64,000 nt of DNA from Candidatus Daviesbacteria bacterium. GTDB taxonomy: Bacteria; Patescibacteriota; Microgenomatia; Daviesbacterales; UBA10151. The position numbers and the translations under genes are program-made. Under the pieces are notes generated by a model, which searched no databases, was not told the DNA's origin, and saw only the letters and a list, made by a program, of their open reading frames with translations. Of the stretch, positions 48,283 through 55,804 are shown piece by piece. Each line of letters begins with the position of its first letter. Positions within the stretch are counted from its first letter, which is position 1. The stretch lies in the NCBI GenBank assembly GCA_016176465.1, contig JACOXD010000010.1, positions 7,497 through 71,496 of the forward strand. The letters run 5' to 3'.

Positions 48283-48318
48283 ATGACGAAAATTTATGCA
48301 ATAGCAGATTTTTTCGTC
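48283..48318. repeat. 24-bp direct repeat copy 2 (ATGACGAAAATTTATGCAATAGCA) with internal inverted repeat GACGAAAA...TTTTCGTC, upstream of PaaX-like gene
   Basis: Read directly. Confidence 0.55.
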
Positions 48319-48377
48319 ACTCTTAGCTAGTAATCAGGTACCTTCTTTGATAAAATTTACATAGCTAAATTAACATT

Positions 48378-48446
48378 GCGGGATCGTCTAACGGCAGGAC
48401 AACGGACTCTGAATCCGTTTATCTAGGTTCAAATCCTAGTCCCGCA
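48378..48446 (+). tRNA. tRNA-Gln (anticodon CUG), no encoded CCA
   Basis: Acceptor GCGGGAU/GUCCCGC, anticodon stem ACGGA/UCCGU with loop CUCUGAA, T-arm GGUUCAAAUCC. Confidence 0.7.
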
Positions 48447-48496
48447 GCACGAAGAGTTAGCGGGGTGCTAAGGGTCCAAGGTTAGCCTAGCAGTCT

Positions 48497-48509
48497 TAGT
48501 CCCGCAGCT
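48497..48509. repeat. tRNA-Gln 3'-end fragment copy (TAGTCCCGCAGCT)
   Basis: 12-nt identity to tRNA 3' acceptor/T-stem region, 50 nt downstream of the tRNA. Confidence 0.4.
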
Positions 48510-48535
48510 TTTTGAGGTATGCCCAGTGTCCTATG

Positions 48536-48985
48536 TTAGAACTTTCTTGGTATACTTTCTTCAGTGAATACATCTCCAATTGTCTCTTTTGCTTTATGGA
48601 CTTGCCCAAGGAGTTTTCCTAAAGCAAAGCATTGATCATTATTTAGTTCGCTTTTAGAGGCATTTGATCCAGAGATAAAATTAAATAAAGCTGCAGGATA
48701 CTTATCTAAATAAAAAATTAATTCTCCCTTTTTATTTTTGATAGGATGGGTAATATTTTTTATTCCACAATTATTAAAAAGCCTATATGTTAAATCAAAA
48801 CGCAATTTGTATTCTTCTAACATAATATGAATCTTAAAAAAGAATGTCTCTTTTTCAGTTTCTACTTTATAACCCCAAGACGCCTCACCTCCAATTACAT
48901 GGGTGAGGTTAGTTATGTTTATTCCATAACTTTCTTCAATCTTTGCTTTAATTACCTTTTTATCAATATTGGGTTCAGTTAACAT
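48536..48985 (-). pseudogene. N-terminal fragment (149 aa) of an aminoglycoside/choline-kinase-type phosphotransferase (APH family)
   Basis: N-lobe pattern; protein about half expected length; ends next to tRNA-fragment repeat. Confidence 0.45.
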
Positions 48986-49028
48986 AATATAAGGAATAAC
49001 AGACGCTTCAATCCATTATAATATTCTT

Positions 49029-49307
49029 GTGTCTTACTCTGTCTATATTTTAAGAACTTCATCGAACACTTTATATATTGGGCAAACCAATAATTTAGAA
49101 AAAAGAATTAAAGAGCATAAAAATAAAAAAGGTAAGGGAGCAAAATATATTAGGTCTTTTTCCTCATTTGAATTAGTTTACTTTGAAAAACTCAAAACTA
49201 GATCTGAAGCAATGAAGAGAGAATGGCAACTAAAGGGATGGACAAAAGCCATGAAAGAGACTTTAATCAACTTGGGAAGCAAGTATTTATCCAAGTCCCG
49301 CAGCTAA
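49029..49307 (+). CDS. GIY-YIG nuclease superfamily protein (YhbQ/UPF0213-like)
   Basis: VYILRTSSNTLYIGQTNNLEKRIKEH GIY-YIG motif; 3' end formed by direct repeat. Confidence 0.7.
   Translation: MSYSVYILRTSSNTLYIGQTNNLEKRIKEHKNKKGKGAKYIRSFSSFELVYFEKLKTRSEAMKREWQLKGWTKAMKETLINLGSKYLSKSRS
49278..49305. repeat. Left 28-bp direct repeat AGCAAGTATTTATCCAAGTCCCGCAGCT (att-like, contains tRNA-Gln 3' motif)
   Basis: 27/28 identical to 63612-63639. Confidence 0.65.
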
Positions 49308-49323
49308 GTAAGATCAGGAAATA

Positions 49324-49371
49324 TTGACACTTTAACTTATTGGTATTAGTATATCCCTACTAGGGGGATAT
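49324..49371 (+). promoter_or_regulatory. Promoter TTGACA-17-TAGTAT followed by palindrome ATATCCC-N7-GGGATAT (CsoR-type operator)
   Basis: Read directly, 20 nt upstream of csoR start. Confidence 0.55.
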
Positions 49372-49390
49372 CCTCCAAAGGCGGACAAGT

Positions 49391-49663
49391 ATGGCATATA
49401 GACCAAAAGATACTCAAGAAAGAATTGTTCATAGGTTAAAAATAGCTAAAGGTCATTTAGAAAAGGTTATCAAGATGGTTGAGGATGACTGCTACTGCAT
49501 TGATGTTCTCCACCAATCTCAAGCTGTTCAAAAAGCATTAAGAGAAACAGATAACCTCATGCTAGAAAATCATCTTAAAACTTGCGCTATGGATGCCATA
49601 GGTAAAGGTAGAAAAGAAGAAGCAGTTGCTGAAGTGATCCAGGTATTTAAGAAAATGTCTTAA
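49391..49663 (+). CDS. csoR: Copper-sensing transcriptional repressor CsoR/RcnR family
   Basis: 90 aa; RL.RI.GH...V.KM.ED..YC.DVL.Q..AV..AL helix pattern with conserved Cys/His. Confidence 0.8.
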   Translation: MAYRPKDTQERIVHRLKIAKGHLEKVIKMVEDDCYCIDVLHQSQAVQKALRETDNLMLENHLKTCAMDAIGKGRKEEAVAEVIQVFKKMS

Positions 49664-49786
49664 AGAAAGGAGCAGATATGTGCCCTAATTGCGGTTAAGT
49701 AAACTATGACACCAGATAAGAACCTGCTTCGCAGAACCTTGCCTTTTTGACTAGCGTCAAAAACGTAAAATTTTAGTTTTAAAATT

Positions 49787-50149
49787 ATGGAATTAGATAA
49801 GATTTTTGTAGCACTATTTAGTTTAGGAGGTATTCTATTTACTTATTGGTTTTTCTTAATGAGAAATGAAAAGGAGGTAGCTGTTACCTCTGATTCTATA
49901 GATATTACAGTTGAAGGTGGTTACCAACCAGAGGTTATATCTATTCCCAAAGGAAAAACTACCAAGCTTAATTTTCTCAGAAAAGATCCTTCCAGTTGCT
50001 TAGAAGAAGTAGTTTTAGGAGATTTTAAAGTTAGAAAAACACTACCTCTAAATCAAACTGTAACCATTCCGATTACTCCTCAAAAAGAGGGTGAATATGT
50101 TTTTAGCTGTGGAATGAACATGTTCCATGGAAAGATAAAGGTTGTCTAA
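49787..50149 (+). CDS. Membrane-anchored cupredoxin-like domain protein
   Basis: N-terminal TM, C-terminal FSCGMNMFHGKIKVV; paralogous to C-terminus of 62235-63275. Confidence 0.55.
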   Translation: MELDKIFVALFSLGGILFTYWFFLMRNEKEVAVTSDSIDITVEGGYQPEVISIPKGKTTKLNFLRKDPSSCLEEVVLGDFKVRKTLPLNQTVTIPITPQKEGEYVFSCGMNMFHGKIKVV

Positions 50150-50150
50150 T

Positions 50151-50300
50151 ATGAGTAAAAGTAAATTATATACCTGTCCTGAATGTAGATTCTCTTATAA
50201 AGATAAGGCTTTAGCTAAAAAATGTGAGGCTTGGTGCAAAAAGTACAATAGCTGTAATTTAGAAATTACAAAATACTCAGTAAACAGGGAGGTGTTGTAA
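50151..50300 (+). CDS. Small Cys-rich protein (49 aa; CPEC...C..WC...SC) between cupredoxin gene and copA
   Basis: ORF below track threshold; ATG 1 nt after upstream stop; 3' end supplies SD for copA. Confidence 0.4.
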   Translation: MSKSKLYTCPECRFSYKDKALAKKCEAWCKKYNSCNLEITKYSVNREVL

Positions 50301-50305
50301 AAAGT

Positions 50306-52735
50306 ATGCCAGCAGTGAGCAAGCTCTCTCCTTTGGAGATAAAAAGAACATTTTCAGTACAAGGAATGCACTGTGCTTCCTGCGTGAGGCTTATTGAAAG
50401 AGCTTTGAGTAGAACTAATGGCATATCAGAGGCAAATGTTAATCTTGCAACTAACAAAGCCACCATCACTTATGATCCTAAAAGTGTTAATGATGAGCAA
50501 ATAGAATCTTCTGTATCCAATATAGGTTATAAAGCATTATTAGACGAGGAAGTTAAATCAGAAGATGATGAGAAAAAAGAAAAACAAAAAGAATTAAGAA
50601 AGTTACAGCATAAAGTTGGTATAAGTTTATTTTTAGGATTACTAATTTTATGGGGTTCTTTTCCGGGTTTAATGAATACTGCCCCAGCTATTTTAAGAAA
50701 TTTTTGGATACAGCTTCTCCTTGCTACCCCAGTTCAATTTTGGGCAGGTTTAGATTTTTATAGAGCTACTATTCCAGCATTAAAACATAGAACAGCTAAC
50801 ATGGACACTTTAGTGGCAATTGGTACAACTGTCGCTTATAGTTATTCAGCTTTTGTCACAGCCCTTCCTCAGGTAGTTAAAAGTATTGGTATTGATCCTC
50901 TCCCTTACTTTGATGTGGCAACTATAATTATTGGTTTAATACTTCTTGGTAGATATTTTGAGGCTAAAGCTAAGGCTGGTACGTCTGAAGCAATTAAAAA
51001 ACTAATAGGTTTGCAGGCAAAAACAGCCAGAGTTTTGAGACTCTCCTCTGTCATCTCGAACGATAGTGAGAGATCTGCAGATTCTAATCTAGAGATTTCT
51101 CTCCGCCAGCTGGCGGATCGAAATGACAAAAGTGAAACAAGTGATGAGAGCAAATATTTAGAAGTAGATATTCCTATAGATCAGGTGGTTATAGGAGATA
51201 TCATTAGAGTACGTCCTGGAGAAAAAATTCCAGTTGATGGAGAAATTTTGGAGGGAGAATCCTCAATTGATGAATCAATGATTACGGGAGAAAGTATTCC
51301 AGCTGACAAAACTAAGGGCGATACAGTCGTAGGTGCAACAATTAATAAATCAGGAACATTTACTTATAAAGCTACCAAAGTAGGACAAGAGACTATGCTT
51401 GCCCAAATTATTAAACTTGTTCAAGAAGCTCAGGGTTCAAAAGCTCCTATCCAAAGAATTGCAGATCTTATTTCCTCTTACTTTGTACCTATTGTCATAA
51501 TACTTGCTTTTGCTACCTTTGGTATCTGGTATGTATTTGGTCCAACCCCAGCTCTTTTATACGCACTTCTAAATACTGTAGCAGTTTTAATTATTGCCTG
51601 TCCTTGTGCCATGGGACTGGCTACACCAACAGCTATTATGGTAGGTACAGGAAAGGGTGCAGAGCATGGAATTTTAATTAAAGATGCAGAAAGTTTAGAA
51701 ACTGCCCACAAAATTAAGACGGTCATCTTTGATAAAACTGGAACTTTAACAAAAGGAAAACCAGAAGTGACAGATATCATTGCGAGGAGTGAAATGATGA
51801 AGCAATCTATAAAGAGAAGATCGCCACGCTTCGCTCGCGATGGCATACTTCGTTTGGCTGCTTCAATAGAAAAAGGCTCTGAACATTCTTTAGCTGAGGC
51901 AATAGTCCAAGAAGCTGAAAAACAAAATATTCAACTGGAACCTGTCACAAAGTTCAAAGCTATTGCAGGGCATGGAGTGGAAGGAGTTGTTGATGGAAAG
52001 CAAGTTTATTTTGGAAACCGAAAATTAATGGAAAGAGAAAAAGTAAGAATCCTAAAACTTGTTCAGGATGACATAGAAAGGTTAGAAAGTGAAGGTAAAA
52101 CTGTAATGATATTAGCAACCTCCTCCCGTCATTCTGAGCGAAGCGAAGAATCTCAACTTATTGGTCTTGTGGCTGTAGCAGATACCGTCAAAGATACTGC
52201 TAAAGAAGGTGTAAAAGCTTTGCAGAAAATGGGTATAGAAGTTGTTATGATCACTGGAGATAACACAAGAAGTGCTAAAGCTATTGCAGATCAGGTAGGT
52301 ATTAAAAGAGTTTTGGCAGAAGTACTACCAGATCAAAAAGAAGCTGAAGTAAGGAAGATTCAAGCGGAGGGCAAAAAAGTGGCAATGGTTGGAGATGGGA
52401 TTAATGATGCACCCGCCTTAGCAGCAGCAGATATTGGAATAGCTATGGGAAGTGGTACGGATGTGGCAATTGAGGCAGCGGATATTACCTTAATAAATAA
52501 GGACCTTAAATCTGTAGCTCAAGCTATTAACCTCTCCAAAAAGACAATGAGAACTATAAAATTAAATCTTTTTTGGGCATTTGGCTATAATGTTTCACTG
52601 ATTCCTGTAGCAATGGGAGTTTTATATCCTTTTTGGGGAATATTGTTAAATCCAATCTTTGCCTCAGTTGCTATGGCCACAAGTTCTATATCAGTTGTTG
52701 GAAACTCATTACTTTTAAAAAGAGTAAGGATTTAA
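50306..52735 (+). CDS. copA: Copper-translocating P1B-type ATPase
   Basis: N-terminal HMA GMHCASC, CPC motif [26 protein letters not shown]; contains at least three in-frame low-complexity/palindromic inserts. Confidence 0.9.
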   Translation: MPAVSKLSPLEIKRTFSVQGMHCASCVRLIERALSRTNGISEANVNLATNKATITYDPKSVNDEQIESSVSNIGYKALLDEEVKSEDDEKKEKQKELRKLQHKVGISLFLGLLILWGSFPGLMNTAPAILRNFWIQLLLATPVQFWAGLDFYRATIPALKHRTANMDTLVAIGTTVAYSYSAFVTALPQVVKSIGIDPLPYFDVATIIIGLILLGRYFEAKAKAGTSEAIKKLIGLQAKTARVLRLSSVISNDSERSADSNLEISLRQLADRNDKSETSDESKYLEVDIPIDQVVIGDIIRVRPGEKIPVDGEILEGESSIDESMITGESIPADKTKGDTVVGATINKSGTFTYKATKVGQETMLAQIIKLVQEAQGSKAPIQRIADLISSYFVPIVIILAFATFGIWYVFGPTPALLYALLNTVAVLIIACPCAMGLATPTAIMVGTGKGAEHGILIKDAESLETAHKIKTVIFDKTGTLTKGKPEVTDIIARSEMMKQSIKRRSPRFARDGILRLAASIEKGSEHSLAEAIVQEAEKQNIQLEPVTKFKAIAGHGVEGVVDGKQVYFGNRKLMEREKVRILKLVQDDIERLESEGKTVMILATSSRHSERSEESQLIGLVAVADTVKDTAKEGVKALQKMGIEVVMITGDNTRSAKAIADQVGIKRVLAEVLPDQKEAEVRKIQAEGKKVAMVGDGINDAPALAAADIGIAMGSGTDVAIEAADITLINKDLKSVAQAINLSKKTMRTIKLNLFWAFGYNVSLIPVAMGVLYPFWGILLNPIFASVAMATSSISVVGNSLLLKRVRI
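51040..51140. repeat. ~100-bp in-frame palindromic insert in copA (includes perfect 14-bp palindrome CCGCCAGCTGGCGG) encoding ~35 aa [36 protein letters not shown]
   Basis: Segment has no counterpart in canonical CopA between TM4 and the actuator domain. Confidence 0.5.
51816..51846. repeat. In-frame GC-rich repeat (reverse orientation, CGCTTCGCTCGCG) in copA N-domain encoding ~[11 protein letters not shown]
   Basis: Shares core with recX insert. Confidence 0.5.
52128..52154. repeat. In-frame repeat GTCATTCTGAGCGAAGCGAAGAATCTC in copA encoding [10 protein letters not shown]
   Basis: 29/32 identical to 56521-56552; GTCATTC head shared with element at 297. Confidence 0.6.
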
Positions 52736-52736
52736 A

Positions 52737-53324
52737 ATGAAAGCATTACCTTCAAAGTTTATTTTAACAAAAAAACCTAAGGAATATTTAAAACAAGGGC
52801 TAACTCATTGTGGTGCTTACTCTGTAAAAGCTATTATAGAAGCATTTGATAAAGACTACAAAAAAGATCCAAGAGATTATCACACTTTTTGGTTAAATAG
52901 ATTAATAGGTACAGGGCTATGGAGATCTTATTATGTGGATATATTAAAATCATTTGATTTAAACGCAAAAGCCAAAGAAGCTAAGAGTCTAACAGACAAA
53001 GAACATTTAGATTTACTTAAGCAATTATTATCCACTAATAATCCTGTGATGATCTATGTTGGGAATGGTTATACAAAAACTGGTGAATACAATAAGCTGC
53101 GAGCAGCACTAGTTGGTCATTGGGTCACTCTTTGGGGTTATTCTGATTCAGAACAAGTATTTTATGTATATGATTCTGCTGCCCCAAAAAAGTTATACGA
53201 TAATGTTCCAGTCGGTAATAAAAAAAGAACTTATGAGCAAATATTAAGAGATTGGAAGGGTGCAAAAATTACTAAATTTATTTGGCCCTGGGAATATTTC
53301 TATATAGAAGTAAAAAATCAATGA
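52737..53324 (+). CDS. Papain-like (C39-like/BtrH-like) cysteine peptidase domain protein
   Basis: Candidate catalytic Cys in LTHCGAYSV and His in GHWVTLWGY; weak. Confidence 0.4.
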   Translation: MKALPSKFILTKKPKEYLKQGLTHCGAYSVKAIIEAFDKDYKKDPRDYHTFWLNRLIGTGLWRSYYVDILKSFDLNAKAKEAKSLTDKEHLDLLKQLLSTNNPVMIYVGNGYTKTGEYNKLRAALVGHWVTLWGYSDSEQVFYVYDSAAPKKLYDNVPVGNKKRTYEQILRDWKGAKITKFIWPWEYFYIEVKNQ

Positions 53325-53602
53325 AAAAACATTTCTTACTATTTTTTCTAGATGATTTTCATCAAGGGGCTATGAATCATTTAATACATTTTGTGGGTTT
53401 CACAGTTTTAGGATACGGATTAGGAAAACCAAGTTTATTTTTAATAATACTCTCTCCTTTTATAATGGAATCAGGACATATTTATAATTATTTAACTGGA
53501 AGACATAAAGAGCTAGCTATAAAAATAATTCCTTTACAGCTTTTAGCATGGGTTATATTTGTAGGCATCGGCTATTTAATTGCTAATTTTTTTGGATACT
53601 AA
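53321..53602 (+). CDS. Small His-rich membrane protein (3 TM)
   Basis: ATG overlapping upstream stop (ATGA); His clusters HQGAMNHLIHF, ESGHIYNY. Confidence 0.4.
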   Translation: MKKHFLLFFLDDFHQGAMNHLIHFVGFTVLGYGLGKPSLFLIILSPFIMESGHIYNYLTGRHKELAIKIIPLQLLAWVIFVGIGYLIANFFGY

Positions 53603-53603
53603 A

Positions 53604-53739
53604 TAATGGGTCTTTGGATAATATTTTTAACTGGTCTAACAGTTGGAGGCTTAACTTATTTAGCCGTACAAGGAGGTCTTCTTGCCTCAGTTGCTATGGC
53701 CACAAGTTCTATATCAGTAGTTCTAACTCTTTATTGTTA
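53604..53739 (+). pseudogene. Chimeric gene remnant: first ~28 codons of a 62235-like gene (MGLWIIFLTGLTVGGLTYLAVQGGLLAS) fused to last ~12 codons of copA ([11 protein letters not shown]...)
   Basis: 5' part matches 62235-62320 at protein and DNA level; 3' part GCCTCAGTTGCTATGGCCACAAGTTCTATATCAGT identical to copA 3' end (52661-52695). Confidence 0.6.
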
Positions 53740-53834
53740 AAGAGGTTCAAGATATGAACCAGACATGTCCTTTCGTTGAGGTATTCTTCCCATTTTTGAA
53801 ATAACTAGTTAACTCTGATTCTGTAGTTTAACTC

Positions 53835-53873
53835 TTTGACATCTGAATGCAGGGATACTACACTTAGTAGTAG
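53835..53873 (+). promoter_or_regulatory. Promoter TTGACA-17-TACTAC with operator palindrome TACTAC-ACTTA-GTAGTA (copy 1)
   Basis: Same palindrome at 58048 and 61442, each ending at a start codon. Confidence 0.55.
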
Positions 53874-53894
53874 ATATTAGAACGAACCAATAAA

Positions 53895-54941
53895 ATGAAC
53901 AAAATACTAATTCTTATAGTTCTATTAATCGTATCAGCAGCAGGGATATTTTTGTATATAAATAGATTTCAAAAACCAGTTGAAGTCTCTCAAGAGGTCT
54001 TGAATAAACTTAATGAAAATAAACCTACTCTTTCCCAAGATGAGGATAGGTTTTTAAATCTGCTTGAGCAAAACGCAGTCTCAGGTGGTCCTCCAAAAGA
54101 TGGCATCCCCGCCATAGATAAACCTCAATATACAACTGCTGCTGAAGCTGATTCTTGGCTTTTACCAAATGATGTTGTTTTTGGAATAGATTACCAAGGT
54201 TTTGTTGCAGCATACCCTCAAAGGATTTTAGTTTGGCATGAAATATTAAATGATCAAATAAACAGACAAAAGGTATCTATTAGTTATTGTCCTCTAACTG
54301 GCACTGCCATTGGTTTTGAGGCTTCAGTAACTAAAGATCTAGATTCATCCTTTGGAGCATCAGGAAAGTTGGTTAACTCTAATTTAATTATGTATGACAG
54401 AATTAGTGATTCCTACTGGCCTCAAATTTTAGGTAAAGCCATTAATGGTCCAGCTAAGGGGAGGAATTTGCAAGAGTTTCCAGTAGTTTGGACAACATGG
54501 GATAAATGGAAAACAAAGTTTCCAGAAACAAAAGTACTTTCTAAAAATACTGGATTTGTTCGTAACTATGATGTTAATGGTGATCCCTATGGATCATATC
54601 TTAGAGAAGATAAAGGATATTATGCTTCTGACAGGCTAATTTTTGAACCGATAAATAAGCAAAGCTTTTCTTCGAATAAGGATGATCGTTTAAAACCGAA
54701 AACAGTAGTAGTGGGAATTCGTGATAAGGATGGTAATGCTGTAGCAATTTTGAAAGATTCTCTGCGCCAACAAAAGAAAATGGAAGTTTCTTTAGGAGAT
54801 AAAGTGGTGGTAGTTGATTATGATCAAAGCCTAGATTTTTACCAAGCATCTGTAAAAGATACAAAAGAAGCGATTAATGCTTTTGATGCTATGTGGTTTG
54901 CCTGGGTAGCATTCTATCCCAATACTAAGTTAATAGAATAA
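53895..54941 (+). CDS. DUF3179 domain protein
   Basis: N-terminal TM; conserved SYCPLTGT block. Confidence 0.55.
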   Translation: MNKILILIVLLIVSAAGIFLYINRFQKPVEVSQEVLNKLNENKPTLSQDEDRFLNLLEQNAVSGGPPKDGIPAIDKPQYTTAAEADSWLLPNDVVFGIDYQGFVAAYPQRILVWHEILNDQINRQKVSISYCPLTGTAIGFEASVTKDLDSSFGASGKLVNSNLIMYDRISDSYWPQILGKAINGPAKGRNLQEFPVVWTTWDKWKTKFPETKVLSKNTGFVRNYDVNGDPYGSYLREDKGYYASDRLIFEPINKQSFSSNKDDRLKPKTVVVGIRDKDGNAVAILKDSLRQQKKMEVSLGDKVVVVDYDQSLDFYQASVKDTKEAINAFDAMWFAWVAFYPNTKLIE

Positions 54942-54942
54942 A

Positions 54943-55506
54943 ATGTTAGCGTTATTTTTATCAATAATTACACAGAGAAAATTTTTCTTAGTAGCCTTGA
55001 TTGTTTTTGTGGTATATATTCTAATTTATTTAGCTGCAGTAGGACATTTGATCTTCACATCCCGCATGGAGCCAGCTTATTCATTTTTAGAAGTAAAATT
55101 CTTGACAAACTGGCAACAACTTCTACTGCGACAAAGGTCACCTTTTTTGTTTGAAGCAATTGGGGCAATCTATATAGGTCCCAATATCAAACTATTTCTC
55201 TCAATTCCTAACTTGATACTTGCTTCAGTGTTAGGATTTCTTGTCGGATCTAACTTTGCCTTAAGTTATTATAACTTTAAGAGATTAGGGTTATCAGGTG
55301 GAAAAGGAGCAGTTGCACTTTTGGGAACCATTCCGGCTATTGTTTCGGGAAGTGTTTGTTGTGTTCCTACTCTGATTCTGGTGCTAGGATTACAATTAAC
55401 AGCTACTTTAGCCACAGCGTGGTCTTTTTTTATTCCACTTTCAATAATCCTGCTTATTTTAAGTCTAGTATGGTCTGTAAAAAGAATTGAAACTGGAAGA
55501 TTGTGA
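54943..55506 (+). CDS. Membrane protein with MerT-like intramembrane Cys-Cys motif (GSVCCVPTLILVLG)
   Basis: 4-5 TM; CC pair in TM resembling MerT TM1 (TCCLGPLVL). Confidence 0.4.
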   Translation: MLALFLSIITQRKFFLVALIVFVVYILIYLAAVGHLIFTSRMEPAYSFLEVKFLTNWQQLLLRQRSPFLFEAIGAIYIGPNIKLFLSIPNLILASVLGFLVGSNFALSYYNFKRLGLSGGKGAVALLGTIPAIVSGSVCCVPTLILVLGLQLTATLATAWSFFIPLSIILLILSLVWSVKRIETGRL

Positions 55507-55522
55507 GGGGAGGTGAAGAATA

Positions 55523-55771
55523 ATGGCAAAAGTAAAAGTTTATTCAATAACAACGTGTCCATATTGTCATATGCTCAAAGAATATTTAAAGGAGAAGAAT
55601 GTAGCTTTTGAAGATATAGTTCTTGACTACAGTCCCGATAAGGCAGTCGAGGCTATTCACATATGTCAGTCAATGGGTGTCCCTTGCACACATATCGTAA
55701 AGGACGATGGAAAGGAAGTTGCCATCTTGGGATTTGACAAAGAAGCAATAGATCGCGCACTCGGACTGTAA
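55523..55771 (+). CDS. Glutaredoxin/NrdH-like redoxin (CPYC)
   Basis: 82 aa; VYSITTCPYCHMLKEYL. Confidence 0.75.
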   Translation: MAKVKVYSITTCPYCHMLKEYLKEKNVAFEDIVLDYSPDKAVEAIHICQSMGVPCTHIVKDDGKEVAILGFDKEAIDRALGL

Positions 55772-55804
55772 TGGAGGGAGGTGCAAAAGGTTATTAATAA
55801 AAAC

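Noticed and set aside
48447-48496. Second tRNA downstream of tRNA-Gln
   Set aside because: The sequence GGGTCCAAGGTTAGCCTAGCAG does not form a T-arm or acceptor stem. Only the 12-nt 3'-end fragment is tRNA-derived.
49681-49701. 6-codon ORF ATG-TGC-CCT-AAT-TGC-GGT-TAA (MCPNCG) with SD AAAGGAG upstream of the copA operon
   Set aside because: Too short to support, although the CPxC coincidence in a copper locus is curious. It may simply be the 3' UTR of csoR.
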